Below, one piece after another: positions 40,601 through 54,613 of a stretch of 64,000 nucleotides of DNA; the stretch's first letter is position 1, and every line of letters begins with the position of its first letter. The position numbers were made by a program, and so were the translations under genes. The stretch is taken from contig OZ199840.1 of the NCBI GenBank assembly GCA_964304625.1, positions 6,064,953 through 6,128,952 on the forward strand, read 5' to 3'. The DNA comes from Kudoa neothunni. Lineage: Eukaryota; Animalia; Cnidaria. Under the pieces are notes generated by a model. The model worked only from the letters and a program-made list of their open reading frames with translations. It had not been told where the DNA came from and ran no database searches.

Positions 40601-42096
40601 ATCACGAAAATTTTTTCTTTGTTTCAATTTCGATATGATACCCATATAGCCCTCTTCATTGGATATTATGTTGCATATTCGATCTCGCTGGTCTCCACTT
40701 ATTGGCGGTTCAGTCGAAGTGACTATGGTCAATCTAGTTAGCCAACAAAACAAAACGAAACAATCTACTCGATTGTAATTTGTCCGTTGATGACCAATAT
40801 TCCTTAGGTTTTTGTTTTTTCCATGAAAATTGAAACTTAAAACTGTGTGGATCAAATTCTATGTGCGTAAACATTATTCAACTCAATTGTTGATGTGAGA
40901 CAAAAAATTCACTTTTTTTTAATTTTTGTAACGCAGTTTGTTCGCTATATCGAAGTCATTATAATCTATCAAAGTAAAATACTTTAGGATGTTTTCTTGG
41001 TCCGTTGACATAGAGCTTTTATTTGGCAGAGTATGGGCGTGCCTCTCTTTTAAATTTTGAAGTGAACTTGGGCGCTAAAAAAATAAATCAATACTAGCTC
41101 AATTAACAACTTTAATTATACCACAGTGAATTCTGGATTTAGATACAATCTTTTATTAAAAATTTCCGAGTTTCGATGCCTAAAATTTTTTATTGAAAGT
41201 CAGATTCAACAAAAAAACGAACATTGTATTTCTCCCCCCTTCATCCATATCTGATGAATTTTCTTTGGATAAGTTAACTTAAAACGTTACAACAATGAAA
41301 ACTATGACAAAGAGGCTAAGTCTACTATCAGATGGTCGAGGAGAATTAACGCCACATAACGACTGAGCCTCTTGGTTGGGTAATGTTGAGACACTTAGCA
41401 CACTATTAGTAAAAAGTAATGGCATTCAATGTGGAATACTCAATATTCGGTTGGTTGTTTTGATTGGAATTTTCTTTGTTAAATTTAGAAACGGAGAAAT
41501 TGGGATCAAGTGAAACAGTATCGTCAGCTAGATACCACAAATAATTAATTATAGATTTTTGTGAATGAAAGTCACAAAAATACTATTTCGTTTCCTTTGA
41601 ACAACCTAGGTTATATTGATTTCAATAATTGGTAAAATGTAAAATTTACTAATGTAAGTTCTGATTCAGTGGCTATATAATGTAAGGCTTGAGTTAAGGT
41701 TTCAGCTGAGCACACTCTCACATCATTTAAGTAAATCAATTTATCATCAGGCCTAAATTTATCGGTAATAAAAAAATCTTAATAGTGCATGAATATGCGA
41801 TGAATACTGCAATAAACCATAGGCCTTTCCCTCTGGTTTTACTTTGTTTATTGTGAAACAAGCCCCTGATTTAGGTCCATTACGATTGGGAGAACTTTTC
41901 AGATGAAATCCCCAGGTGTCGTTTTTTGTTTTTTTCTTTATTATAAACGTGTGTATCTCATCCTATGTATGTGAGTTATTTTAAGCGATGCCGATTACAG
42001 TACAAAATGTTTTCGATAATCCTACTACTTATTTAAGTCTCTTACTTTGCCTGATTCAATTTTTTGAGACTTAAACTCTGAATTATCTTCATACAT
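37612..42096 (-). CDS. ZO/TJP (polychaetoid)-like MAGUK: PDZ1-PDZ2-PDZ3-SH3-GUK, many exons
   Basis: PDZ1 (DTWGFHL...INKVKPEGKAYGLLQPDDKLIYLND); degenerate PDZ2 (LYVHES...RKNDLIKKINGIPI); PDZ3 (LGVKLGGGNIHGIFIVGVKNGSRAENSGLKAGYKII); SH3 (GDDVYVK...KDDILHITSTAYRGRIG...IGCIPS); GUK start RPVII. The architecture fits ZO better than DLG5, but that and both gene ends are not certain. Confidence 0.78.
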
Positions 42097-43266
42097 ACTT
42101 AAGATCAGTTTATTTCTGATATGATGTTATTCGCTTATTGAATCTCACGAACAGCTAATAAGATTGAAGGAATTAAGCTGATTGAAAACATCTTTCTAGC
42201 AAACACGTATTCGGAATTAGAATCTAATCAACACATTATAGTATATTATATATTATTATAATTTAAAAATCACAACCAAATATTGTCCATCTCGCCAATT
42301 ATAACGATGAAAAATCCTCATTAATTCCAATGGGTACTGTTTAGTCCCTCCTTTACCGATTAAATGAATCGGATATAATAATTGAATGATTAAATAAATG
42401 AATTTAATAGTTGCTTACTATATTTTAATTCTATAAGAAAATATTTACCGCTAGAAATATTCAGTTTAAATGATTTTAATTGAAAAATATAAAATTTTAT
42501 CATTAGTCAAGATTTTCACATAAATATAACTCATATAATAATGATCCACATAATTACAAAATGTTATTTTTATATTGAGCTATTATTATTCTTGGTTTAA
42601 ATCATTCCTAGTACGATTAACGAGAATTAATCTGATAATTTTTAAGCCATTATTTTTCTATAATTTTTTCAGATTAATTCCACTAAATCAGCTCCAATTA
42701 TGGATTGTTTCAGTTTATTACATTTCTCAAGAAAATATCATGATGTATAAATTGGGAATTCTTTGTTTGGTAACCTCACCGATTTTTTGAGTATTAAAAC
42801 GAAGTCATTTATTAATTGAAAATAAATTTTATATATAAATATGGCATAATGGTTTATTTGTGTTATTATAAGATCATATAAAAACTTCCATCACATGGAA
42901 CAATATAAAACGTGATTGGGAAATAATCATACTCGTATTTTAGCCTTAAATCGATAAACCGACTTGTTATCATCTGATTTTAATTCCTGTTATAGCTTTT
43001 ACATTACACTTTTAATATGTTTAATCAAAACTTCTCTGGCAATTTCAACCATTATAGAATTTAACCTAAGATATAAAACTACTGAAATCCGATTTAAACT
43101 TTTTTGTGTTAAAGACATTTGCTCTAACTTGAAATTAATTTGTTAAGTACAACGAAAATTTTTCTTGTGCCAACATACCCGGCTTCTTCTAAGAGTGAGA
43201 TTATTTATTTGGAAAAACTAAGCGAATAAAAATAACCTTTATCATACAACAGACCCCTCGATTATA

Positions 43267-43664
43267 CAGTAGGCAACCGATAATACGTATTGAACTGCGT
43301 GCGTATTTATGTGAGGGTTGTGTTTTCTTTATTTTTCAGCATGGATATTACACCTTTTGTTTAATTGGACTAAAAAACATTATTGTGATTATTCAGGCGA
43401 AAAATAATTCACAGTTTTTGTTTTAATCATATTTATTGATATAATATTTATATCCGTTTACATAGGGGTAAAATTTAGTGAATGGTCAGTTCTAACAAAT
43501 TATAAATACTATTTTATTTCGTATTCATTTTTTAGTGCAATATGAATTTTTCTATTCGTTCATAAATTCAACCACCGTAATTAAAATATTTCCTTCGTTT
43601 CCAATAAAAACAATTTAACCTACGCGGTTTGGCCGAAAAAGTACGTATTATCGGTTGCCTACTG
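43267..43664. mobile_element. Tc1/mariner-type MITE (398 bp) with perfect 23-bp TIRs
   Basis: CAGTAGGCAACCGATAATACGTA at 43267 and its exact reverse complement ending at 43664; TA on the left, CA on the right; no coding capacity. Confidence 0.88.
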
Positions 43665-45295
43665 CAATATTGTTCTTTTGACGACAACGTTAATCGAAAC
43701 AAGAAGTAATATCCTGCCCTCTTCGTTTGGATTTGGAGCCGACTTTATTTATAATTAAAAATCGAAATCTCATAAACTTATAGTTGAAGCAGCTGCGGAA
43801 ACACAAAGTTATCTACGCTTACCTCCACAGTCAACAACGGTCACTGCGTAGTTGGATATTGCGAATTAATTTTAGACATCAGTAAATTTAACAATATCTC
43901 CAAATTAAAGTGTATTATCATTATTTGGTGATTTTTATATTAATATAAATTATTCAGGATAAAATTTATTAAATAACAAAAATTGAACTAATAGTCAATA
44001 AAGAAAAACAGAAATATTTTTATAATTATAAATTTTATCCACATGTACAAATTTATTAGTACTTTGGTTTCCTTACAAGATTACATGTTGTTATTTTAAT
44101 TTGAGTAGATTCATTGATTTTAAACTATAATTGTTGGTCGATGTACGTAAATCCAAAAGCAACAATGATAACACATGAATGTATGCTTTTACTATTAGAT
44201 TGTTTTAGGGTTAAATTAACTCTATTTTATTGCATAAAAAAGATAATAATAAAAATACAGAATAAATTTATTCATTAGAGCAGAGTTTAATTGCCGATTA
44301 AATTAAAAAATATTTTTATTATATTTAATGTTATTGATGTAACTACGACAAATGGATAATGTTAACAATGAGGATGACATTTAAATATTTTACATAGAAT
44401 ACTGTGAGCTTAATTACTAAATACAAATTGACTTCTTTGATGCATATATCTCTGAGATCCTAAATCGATGATCAAATTGATGATAAAAAAAATATTAAAA
44501 TGATGTGATAAAAAAATAACTCACGTATATAACACTTTTTTAAAATAATCATACTTTATATTAATTTCGAAACATTACTAGGTTTTGTTTTTATGTCTGC
44601 GCAATCTAACGGCTGTGTGGAGCAGAATTTTTATTTTTATGTAACTCAGTATAATATTTATGTGGGAAAATAAAACTTTTATCGATTAATTAAATTATAA
44701 ACAAATAGGGAAAAGATTGCAATAAGACATTAAACTCTCAATATGTTCATTGATCATTATGATGAAAATAAGTATTTAGAAAAAGTAAAGTATTTCTATT
44801 TTACCCTTATTGGTTAAATTTATTATAGGTGTTATATTTTTTATTATAAATAACATATACATTGATACCATTATAATGTTGAAAACCGTTAAAAAAATTT
44901 ATAAACTAAAACATCATTATTGATTATTGAAAATGATATTTAATTGTAAAAATTTTAAAATTTTAGTAGTGTAGTAAAAAACTTTCTTTAAATACTGAAA
45001 ACCGACCTATAATTATATATGATAAGTATTAAAAAGCGAATAATATATTGGAACAAATTGCATTTTGGGATTTAATCATCATATATTTTTTCTTCACAAT
45101 TAAAAATGTTAATTTTTAACCCCATTTTTATAAAAATATTTTATTACGTTTTTCAACTGTAATAATATCTAATTGCATCTTTGTTAAAAAAATTTAAATG
45201 AGTATAAATATAACCGATTATATAAGATGAAATCATAAATTTCAAAATTAAATTAAACGTAAAATAACAATTTCATTCCAAACACGCGCACACCC

Positions 45296-45737
45296 ATGTA
45301 TGTTATCATGGTTCTTACGTATATCTTTCGTATTTTCTTACCCAACCCAACTTTGGTAAATCCAAATCTTTTTATAATTTGATTCCAAAAATTAGATTTT
45401 AAAGAAAAATTTATCGAAAATTAATTCAGAAGGAACACCTTTCTATATACATAATGTCGATCGAGTTTGCTTTTAATTCTCAACTTATAAAGTTTTAATA
45501 AATCCAACAAGATTTTTATATCATTATTAATCAGTTAGATCACGGAAACATATGAAATCATAGAATCTGGTTATTATTCTTATAAGAACAATCCATCTAT
45601 TTCAAATAAAAATTCTCAATATGACGCAAATCCAAATGAAAATGACTACATCACGTATGTATTTAACGCGGACACATTTTTAACTTAGACCCAAATGGAT
45701 TGAATGGCTTCTACCCAGTGAGGGATGGGATATCTAA
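45296..45737 (+). CDS. Orphan 97-aa protein (4 exons)
   Basis: Introns 45356-45395, 45465-45538 and 45655-45688 (all GT-AG) give one open frame: MYVIMVLTYIFRIFLPNPTL/ILKKNLSK...NVDR/ITETYEIIESGYYSY...DYIT/PKWIEWLLPSEGWDI*. Confidence 0.55.
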
Positions 45738-46149
45738 AATTGTAGAATAAACATTGAAATGTACTTTTATAACAATTTTCCCAAAAAATAAATGTTGATT
45801 AGTTCGCTTAAAAGAAAATAAATGAGTTTTATTTGCATGCGCACGCAAATAGGTGGATGTTGCGTACCTTCTTGGCATTCCCCCAAAAACTGCGCAATAA
45901 CCATTGTTGACTGTATATTATATTGAGACTCACATGATAAAATAATCTTACTATTTCTAGCGCTAATCTACTTTCAAAAAATTTCCACTACAAATTCACC
46001 ACTTTATAAGCATGCGGAATGCTCCGTTATATTTTTGTAGTTAATTTTATATTTTTTAAAGTATATTAAAAGACTCATTAAGTAGAATAAGTCTCTGTAT
46101 AGGTAGAAGAGTTGTGCACACACGTGGACACCACAACTTTATATACACG

Positions 46150-46169
46150 GATAGATAGATAGATAGATA
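46150..46169 (+). repeat. (GATA)n microsatellite
   Basis: gatagatagatagatagata read directly. Confidence 0.85.
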
Positions 46170-48249
46170 AAACGTTATCATGCTCATAGTTCGAATCTAT
46201 ATAGCCGAAGGCATGGTTTTTCTAATATTTAAAAATATTCTTCAATTATACTGATAATTTGCTAAATAATAATTATAACATTAGACTTTTAGTTCTGACT
46301 TAAAGCTGTATAACTGTCTCACTCACTATAATAACTTAGATAATGAAAAAAGGAGGTTTCTATCGTTATTTTATATAAAATCCAATATAATTTTGACTGA
46401 CTAAAATTATATTGGATTTATTATTTTGCGAGAAATAAGAAATTTCATATAATAATTACGTCATGTAAAGTGGGAAGAATAACCCCTATCTAATCTATCA
46501 TGGACGAATGTGTGAACATTGCTAGTTAATAATTATATCAAAACTTTCTGTCACTAAGTAAAAGCGCTGTGGCACTATATTAATACAGCGAGGTCTCTAT
46601 ATTGTGTAATTTAACGTTTACCTTCCATATTTCATTTAGTCTATTTATTTAAGTATGTTATATGTTCGTAATTTTCTAGTGAAATCTATATTACAGTTTT
46701 TAATTAAATTCTAATCATATAAATATTAAAAAATAGAGAATTACGTAGGGTTCCGCTACTGCATCATTATTTTCTATATTTAAATCTCATAATCCTTGAA
46801 TTGGACTTCTTCGACGTTCAGTTTAATTAAACTCTAATTAGGTTTTGGGTATTAAAGTAGAGTTATACAGTTTCATAAATAGATCAAATTAATATATTAT
46901 TAAAAACCTATGATTGCGAAACATGTTACTTTCGAATTTGCAAGTCAATTTTTAGCCTATAAACAATTAATTACAATTATAATTTCCATAAATATCATCG
47001 CAATTATACAAAACTTTACCTAATAAAAATAAAACATTTCTTTAAAAATCCAGAAAGAACGGAATTTTAAATTTATGTACGTATTATAATAATGGTGTAA
47101 CCATTTAAGACTAAAATTGGTAGAATGGGAGGGTAATGCTCCTTTACGTGGCATTTAATAAATTGAAAAATAAAGGAATTTTAATTAAATAAATATCTTT
47201 TTGATAAAATATTTTAAATTTATGATTAAAATAATGGTATTAATTAAATCATAAGTGTGTTTCTATAACACAACAAAGACGAATTGCTTAATTTACTATC
47301 TGAAATTAACTGAGATGATACTCGTTTAAATTCTAAAACTAATATCTAAAATACAACAGTTATAACAAAGGTATCATCATGTAACGTCATTATGGAATAT
47401 CATATATTTTTGGAATCTGTCGAATTTTATTGGATAAAATTATTCTCCTCACCTCAAATTGTAATTTTTTATTTTTAGTAATAATATCAGAACCTCCATG
47501 GAAATGATAATTTATTACAAAATACCAACTCATATTGTCTAGAAAAAACTTCATCAATTTTATTGCAAGTACTATTCACACATTCTACGTCTTCGTAATT
47601 ATACTTTTTTTAACATTTTCAGTATAATTATTTATCTTGCATTTTGTAAAACCCCCTTTAATGGAGTGTTTATATAAAATTCTGATATTTATACGTATTC
47701 GAAATTTAGAAAGAATCATAACCAATCAACTTATTATTATTTGACGAAGGTTCGATATCTGTAGCACGAGACAAGCTAAATTCTTATCAGTAGTCGTCTA
47801 TGAAAGTTACTTAAAACGAATGATATCGCCTAAGCTTTCAAATTTAATTCTAATCATTATGTGCAATAATCTTCTTACATAACAGTAAATAATCGAATAT
47901 GAGTTATTTAATGCCACCGAAAAATAAATATTCCTATTTTGAATATTCTATTAAACCATAATCGAAAAAACCCGGTATATTCATTTTGCCGCTTAAAAGC
48001 TGTCTACAGTTACAAATCGAAAATTATCGATATCACTATTGACTCACACTACATTTTAGCCATCTGAATGAACATTTCTTCAAATAATTTAATGAGATTT
48101 CAATTAATCATAATATCTGTTATAAAAAAATTTCATATTACGTCCACAAACAGGTTTTGACATTAACAGGTCTAATCCACTGACATAGGCGTGGGCGTAT
48201 CCTCGACATTCAATAATATAACTTAACGTGCTACCATTCAGGGGTCACT

Positions 48250-48620
48250 GATAATATAAGACTGATCATTTATTATGAATAGTTTTTTGTCGATCATATA
48301 CATTTTAAACAGTTCCTCATCACTATTTAATAACATCGTCTCAAAGTAATCAACGTTTTCCCATGGGGCATCGCGAGTTTGTGAAAGGGTTGAATCGAGC
48401 GGGGAAATTATTCTTGACTCTCATGAAATCTTGGTATTCGAATCGCTACGAGCACTTACACATTTTGGAAATATATTTGATGCCCATCTTTTGCAGGATT
48501 AAAGTGCACACCTAATGACAATCAACAAAATAATCGCTTTCATTTTACTGCGAGTTCCATAGGGAATCATTTAAGTGTTTATTTTGGAATTAATGCCGAT
48601 TAGAAGTTGTTTACATATTA
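48250..48620 (-). mobile_element. Possible Ty3/gypsy integrase relic
   Basis: A broken peptide with QNV*VL followed by DAPWENVD resembles the Zn-binding/core junction of gypsy integrases. Confidence 0.3.
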
Positions 48621-49031
48621 GGAATTAATCCACTCGATTATTAGTTAATATTAATTCGAGCCTATTCTATTATTTAAGATAGAATTCCTTCGTTTGTGTA
48701 GTTTCTCCAATTATATCAATGTATCAATGTGATAAAGTTTTTTAAACAATATTCCCACTCTAACTAACCAATCCTAAATATGCATGATACGATGTAATCA
48801 TACTAAGCAGATTACTCTTAATCCCTTAAGATCACCTTATTTATAAGATCAGTTAAAAGGTAGGTGGATAATCTAAGGATATTCAACAAATTTAACCTGT
48901 CTCATTAATATTTTTAGTTGCAAGCTAGTGCAACTTTGATAAGAAATGAGATAGGATTGTGTTCACGTGACTTTTCGCGCATATATCGTTATAATAAGTA
49001 AAATCTGCGCGAGGCGTGAACAGGTAAATTG

Positions 49032-49945
49032 ATGGAAGAAGCAATACGCGATCAAGTTGGTAATGTTCCCAAAGACAAAGTAATATTTATTCTATCAATT
49101 AAAATGTTATCATTTCGGTATGTTATCATTTTTGGCGTTAGGTCCTGGAACTTAATTTAATTTCATGCCCTCCAATCGACTTGAAACAACTTGAACCATA
49201 TACCTCGTTATGTGCTCTAGCATTGTCTGATAATGATATAACTTCATTGGAGGATCTACCTGAGTTTAAAGAATTGATCACGGTATATAATTATGATATG
49301 ACGTGTTTTTTATTTCAGTGTGATTGTTGTAATGTGTAGTTGGATCTGTCCGGAAACCGAATTGCAAACGGGTTCGAAGTTCTTAGCACCAAATGTAATC
49401 AGATAACCGGTCTCGATTTATCCAGAAATCCAATTGAAAATCTGGATGATCTTAAGTGTTTATCAGATATAATTAATTTGGAAAGTCTCTGTTTGGAAGA
49501 ATGTCCTGTTACCGACAATGCCAGCTATAGACCAACTATATTTTCAATATGTGAGAACCTGATTGCGTTGGATGGATTGGATGCGGATGGACACCCAGTA
49601 GATACGTCTGAGGAGGAATACGATGACGACGACGAAGATGAGGATGACGATGAAGAGACGTCCACCAACTCTGACACTCGTCTAGAGGTTCTTCTTGGTG
49701 ATGATATTCCTAGTGAGCTGGATGATAGCGAATTTCAGATGGATGATTCTGCTTTGAATGAAGCCCAATCGCTCAATGAAAGATCAACCACTTTGAATGA
49801 ATCGGTTGTCGAGAATGATGTTGATTCAGCGGAAATGGCGTCATCATCGAAAGTCACATCGGAAGAAAGTGCTGAAAAACGTCCAATCTCAGATTCTATT
49901 GAGGGAGTTATTCATCCATCACCCACCAAAAAACCTAAAGTCTAA
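49032..49945 (+). CDS. ANP32: Acidic leucine-rich nuclear phosphoprotein 32 family member (3 exons)
   Basis: MEEAIRDQVGNVPKDK/VLELNL...ITSLEDLPEFKELIT/LDLSGNRI...LDLSRNPI...LEECPVTDNASYRPTIF...LDGLD (LRR plus LRR-cap), acidic tract, C-terminal NLS PTKKPKV*. Confidence 0.92.
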
Positions 49946-50067
49946 TGAATCGCGCTACTCTGTTGTTGTGGACTAGAGTCAAGTGTTATAACAATATTGA
50001 TTCATTATTATTGTAATGTGATGATGGGTTGGTTGTGTTTGGTTGATATTTATGTGTGCGTTTTCGA

Positions 50068-51280
50068 TTATTTTATGGGTTTATTTTGGTCAATATGCGG
50101 TAAATCGAGTTAACGACGAAACTCTTAACCAATGTCCATGCTCGGGATCGTTTTATGGAGTTACGTAGGTGTGTTTTGGTTGGGTTGAATAGACGATCGT
50201 CCTTTAGAATGACTACTTAAATATTCCGCCCAAGTGGATTATTCTCCATCCATATACCTAATTGATGCTTTTGAAGTCAGCGTTAATTTTGATAGAGAGA
50301 TGAAACTATGTTTTCGAGCCAAATTATGTTTGATAGGTCAGATATTCGTTGTTTTGTTAGGAAATTGTAGCATTACGGCAATATCTAGTTCGACTCCGAC
50401 TCCAGGTCCAGGTAGGCGTTAGCTCTTTTTACTGTGGTGATTCTATTGAGAGACGAACTGTCACTAATTTTAAACTGCTGTTTAGTACGATGTATGAGCA
50501 AACAAGCTAAGCAAATGATCAGTAGCGGTAGCGAGTCATTCTTAGCGTCTTCCATCAGCAAAGATAATACTGAGCTGAATAGTATCGATTTTATCGGTTA
50601 TGATTTCGGTCAATGACACTGCTGTCACTATTATCGATAATGATCAGCATTGTATGTCACCTCCAGGTACAAAATTGTTGTTCGCCGTTAAATATGACCC
50701 ATGCTTAACCAAACGCTTCAACAATACCAATGTGTATTTGTCATTTTTCAGTATAACCAGGGCATCAAGACTCAACTGATGGTCATCCCATCTGTAGGGC
50801 GCTTCAAAGATGTTAACTACGAAAAGTAATTATTCAATGATCTCTCGATTTTTAGGTTTATTATCTCCATCTAGTCCTATCTACAAGCATAGATGCAACG
50901 CAACTGTGTGGGACGAGAAACTGCTAAAAGTGCAATGTTTCGACATTATTTATGAAAATCTCAGCCCTCATCATAGCAATATTGAATTAAAACCAAAAAT
51001 TGAATCCATCTACGCAATTGAAGCTATCAATTGTAATTGAACTTTAGTGTATTGTGATTATGTTTTAAATAGGCACGTCAAATTACTTCCGCAGAATCTC
51101 GAGAAGAAATATTATTAATTTCTCGGTGAGTGTAATAATAGGACTGGTTGTTGCAGTTTCAATCTTCATTGTGTTCTTCAAAGTCGAATTGAACTTCGTG
51201 AAAGAACACATCGTCTTCGAAGCGAATGAACCACCTGAGCAATAGTTTAGTTGTAGAATCTAAAATAGTCTAGCATAATA
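50068..51280 (-). CDS. Probable uncharacterised spliced gene convergent with ANP32 (structure unresolved)
   Basis: Coding-like composition and several exon-like open segments bounded by AG/GT (e.g. NIFEAPYRWDDHQLSLDALVILKNDKYTLVLLKRLVKHG). I could not assemble one clean frame. Confidence 0.3.
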
Positions 51281-51769
51281 TTTATTCTGGTTAATTTCAG
51301 TCTATTTGTATCAAGCATTATTGTATAAACTGCATTTTATTCGTAATATCTACATTTTTAAGACCTTCTCTAACTGGAGTCGGCAACCATTTTGAGTAAC
51401 AGGCCGAACAGACATACCCTAACTCGAATGCAAGTGATATTTTTTATCAATCTACTAAAGTGTTCAATTATGCTTAATTCGAATTTTGAATTTAAATATA
51501 TAATTAAAAATTTAATAAATTCCTTAAAGTAGAAAAATACTTCGAATCAAAAGCATTATATTCTAATAATTTTCACTTCTCATAATTAACTCGTGTTCAA
51601 CTTGTTAATGAACACTATTGGACGATGTCAAGTAACATTAGACATGCCTTTTTAAAAATATTTTATACTTTTATGGAAATAATTTAACAGTCATATTTAT
51701 TCCGGATTTCCGATTTAATGAAAATGAAATCAGTCACTAAAATATTTATATCAACAACATATCAACATT

Positions 51770-54464
51770 TTAACCTTCCGAGCGCATGAAAATCGACTTT
51801 ACACATTCCTTATTTTGGGGTCCAATGGACCCCACATTTTTTGAGCTTGAATTATGGATAAAAATGAAATAAGTAATTTAGCAAAGTATGAGAGAAAACT
51901 ATCGATAAAATATTGGAAAATATTACAATTATAACACCGTCGGTAGTTAATGACGATTATCGAAACATTTAAAAGGTTGGATTAAACGAGTTTAGGCCTC
52001 TTTTTTAATATAATGGAATTTAATAAAACATATATATCATTCCCCATTAAATAATTCTTAAAAATTGTTTCCTTCGTAATTAATTTTCTAATAATCACGC
52101 CCAATATACCCGCAAACATATTATTCCATAATACTTAAATGCGAGATATTTATATTACAAAATATCACGCAAACAACTTTTGAACTGCTTTCATTAAAGA
52201 TGACTCTACAAACAGAAAATCCTCGCTTTTCTGTCTTGAGATTTCGAACCATAACAGCATCACTCGCGACAAAGTAATTCTATTATGCTATTATAATTTT
52301 TATCAATGCAATTTTTGTTTCTCTGAACATAATCCTTCGCCAAACCATCTTCAAGCTCTTCTAGAAACTTAACTGTTGAACAATTGAGATCATAGAAAAC
52401 AGTCATTAAGATAAAATCAATTAACCAAGCTAATACCACCCTAATGAAGAATACTGCTGTCGACCATCGATTCGTTTACTTTGTACACTCGTTGTAACAA
52501 TAATATGATCCATTGTTCCCATTCTTCCCTTTTTAACGATTATATTCCAGGTTAACAACAGGTTTTTTCAGTCTGTATCTTCAACATTTGTAATGAACCG
52601 GAGGTTGTTAGTATTAAAATTGCTTTACCTTTTATAGGAACATAGATGATTAGTATTAGTTTTTGATTAAACAAAAGTGTACTAAAACTTCCCGGTTGGA
52701 ATTCGTTTTTTAAATAATTTGTAATATCTCGATTATTATTTCGGAGGTGTTCCAGTCATTCCCCCTGCAAGAGTTTTTGGGAAATGGAAACAGAAGTAAA
52801 GAAACTTTCACAAATGATATTTCTCCACTTTCCATTAATGATGACACAAGATCTAGGACAATATCTCCTCAACATTTTCTGACGCTTCATTATTATTTTT
52901 ATCCAAATACACAGGAAGTTATAAGTGTACTTGGTCTCGGGATTGGAAAGGAGAAAATACGTAATTCCGTATATATTGCCCGAAGAAAAATTTTCCCTAA
53001 AGGCAAATAGCAGCTGGTCGTCAATGGTCAAACTCTCCGGGGGTAACAAAGTTCGGAACGACAATCTTTCGAATCCTTAAAAATATCATAAATGGGGAAG
53101 AACCCATCCATGATCGTTCAAGCTTCACTAGTTTTGAATTCCTCCTAATGAATAGCCCTCGAAATTTGATTCAACCCATTTAATGGTATAATCTTTCGAA
53201 AAATATCCCTTCGCTTTCCAACACTCCAAAGCAATTTGAATCATTCTAATTAAGATTAAAAATGGGAATATAATTATGGATTCCCAAATTAGCTAATAAA
53301 TCTTGTTTTGAAAAATCTTCAAATAACTCTGATAATTAAAATTGGTAAACGTGTTAATGTTTTAAGTAACAATTGAGAAAATAAATAGATTCACCATCAA
53401 ATATGAGGAATGATCAGCAAATAAGGTGATTCTGTTTGAAACATAAGAAGCTGAACCTGGACACTTTGAAAAATATTTCGTTTAAAACTTTTAATTATTT
53501 AAAGTCCCTCAAAAAACCAATTAACATCATCCTTATCTTCGTAAATTTTTCGATAGCGTTTATTATCTTCAGAAACATTAGAATGACATATATATCTAAA
53601 TTACCAAAAGATGTTATAAAATTAATTGATATCGGATTCAAATTCATCCAAAATATTACGCTCAGAACCATTTATGGCAGCGTTTTACTCGTCGGTACTG
53701 ATCGACATTTAACGTATGTATGATTTTTTCAATTTTTGTCTGTTTCCTTTCGATATAATTTTATTTAATTATCAAAATTGTTGTAAATTATTTTTCTTTG
53801 TTGTTTGATAGAAAAAAGGATTAAGACAATAGCAATGTGCTTTATTTAATTTAAAAGTTAACCTCATAATTGCGCAATATAAGTGTATCAATGTCAGGTT
53901 CGAACTTCTCAAATCAATTGTCTATTGACAAATTATCGATATGACTGCTTTTAATTCATTTATTGTGTTGGTTCAAAGAATTCGGGCATGTTTGAAAGAT
54001 AAACCTAATTGCCGACAACAATTTTTAGTGACGTATCCATTTTGTTAATTACAAGCCACCAAAAGAGGAGCTGAAGACCAAAAAATTGGATGTTAACCCG
54101 CCTTCAAGCGTTCTCTTGGAGAATTAGAGTTTAAATTCAATTAGAATAACACGTCAATTACGAAAAATAACAATATAAATGCTCGGAAACGATTTATTTT
54201 ATGTCCTACACGCATCGTAAGGATCATAAGGCGGAACAAACAAGCATATCATAGTTGTACCAACATTATATATAACGAGCATTCAATAAAAATACTAACC
54301 TATTGGAATGTCCACAAAAATAAATTATTTATTGTATATCATGTAGTTTTTACCGCGTAATAACGTATTAAAGTAAGCAAATGTAGCTTAAAAATCTAAT
54401 CCACTAAAGGGGAGAAATTAATCTTGGTGGACTCGTCGAGCCCAGGTCACCCATTAAGGGTTAA
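51770..54464. mobile_element. Composite of two decayed piggyBac elements, back to back
   Basis: Left TTAA-CCTT end with palindrome GGGGTCCAATGGACCCC. Minus-strand transposase relics (ESLTIDDQLLFAFR, YGITYFLLSNPETKYTYNF) at ~52200-53300. Plus-strand Cys-rich tail at ~54180-54320, right end AAGGG-TTAA. Confidence 0.8.
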
Positions 54465-54613
54465 CACACAAAGCGATAAATTAAAACCGAAAAAATGAGA
54501 TTGTTATTAGAGAACAACAATACGAATTCATTTTCGAATAATAATTGTAAGGTAAATGAAAGTAGCAAGTAATACGCAAATTGATGCGAAATAATAATGC
54601 CAATGGCATCCGA

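Noticed and set aside
45857-46161. COX5A pseudogene
   Set aside because: Only a vague H..E..EE...ID resemblance; no downstream WELR/PEP/ACRR motifs in the frames examined.
50068-51280. Cyclin or forkhead assignment for the minus-strand gene
   Set aside because: Resemblance is limited to generic hydrophobic helices and no continuous frame could be built.
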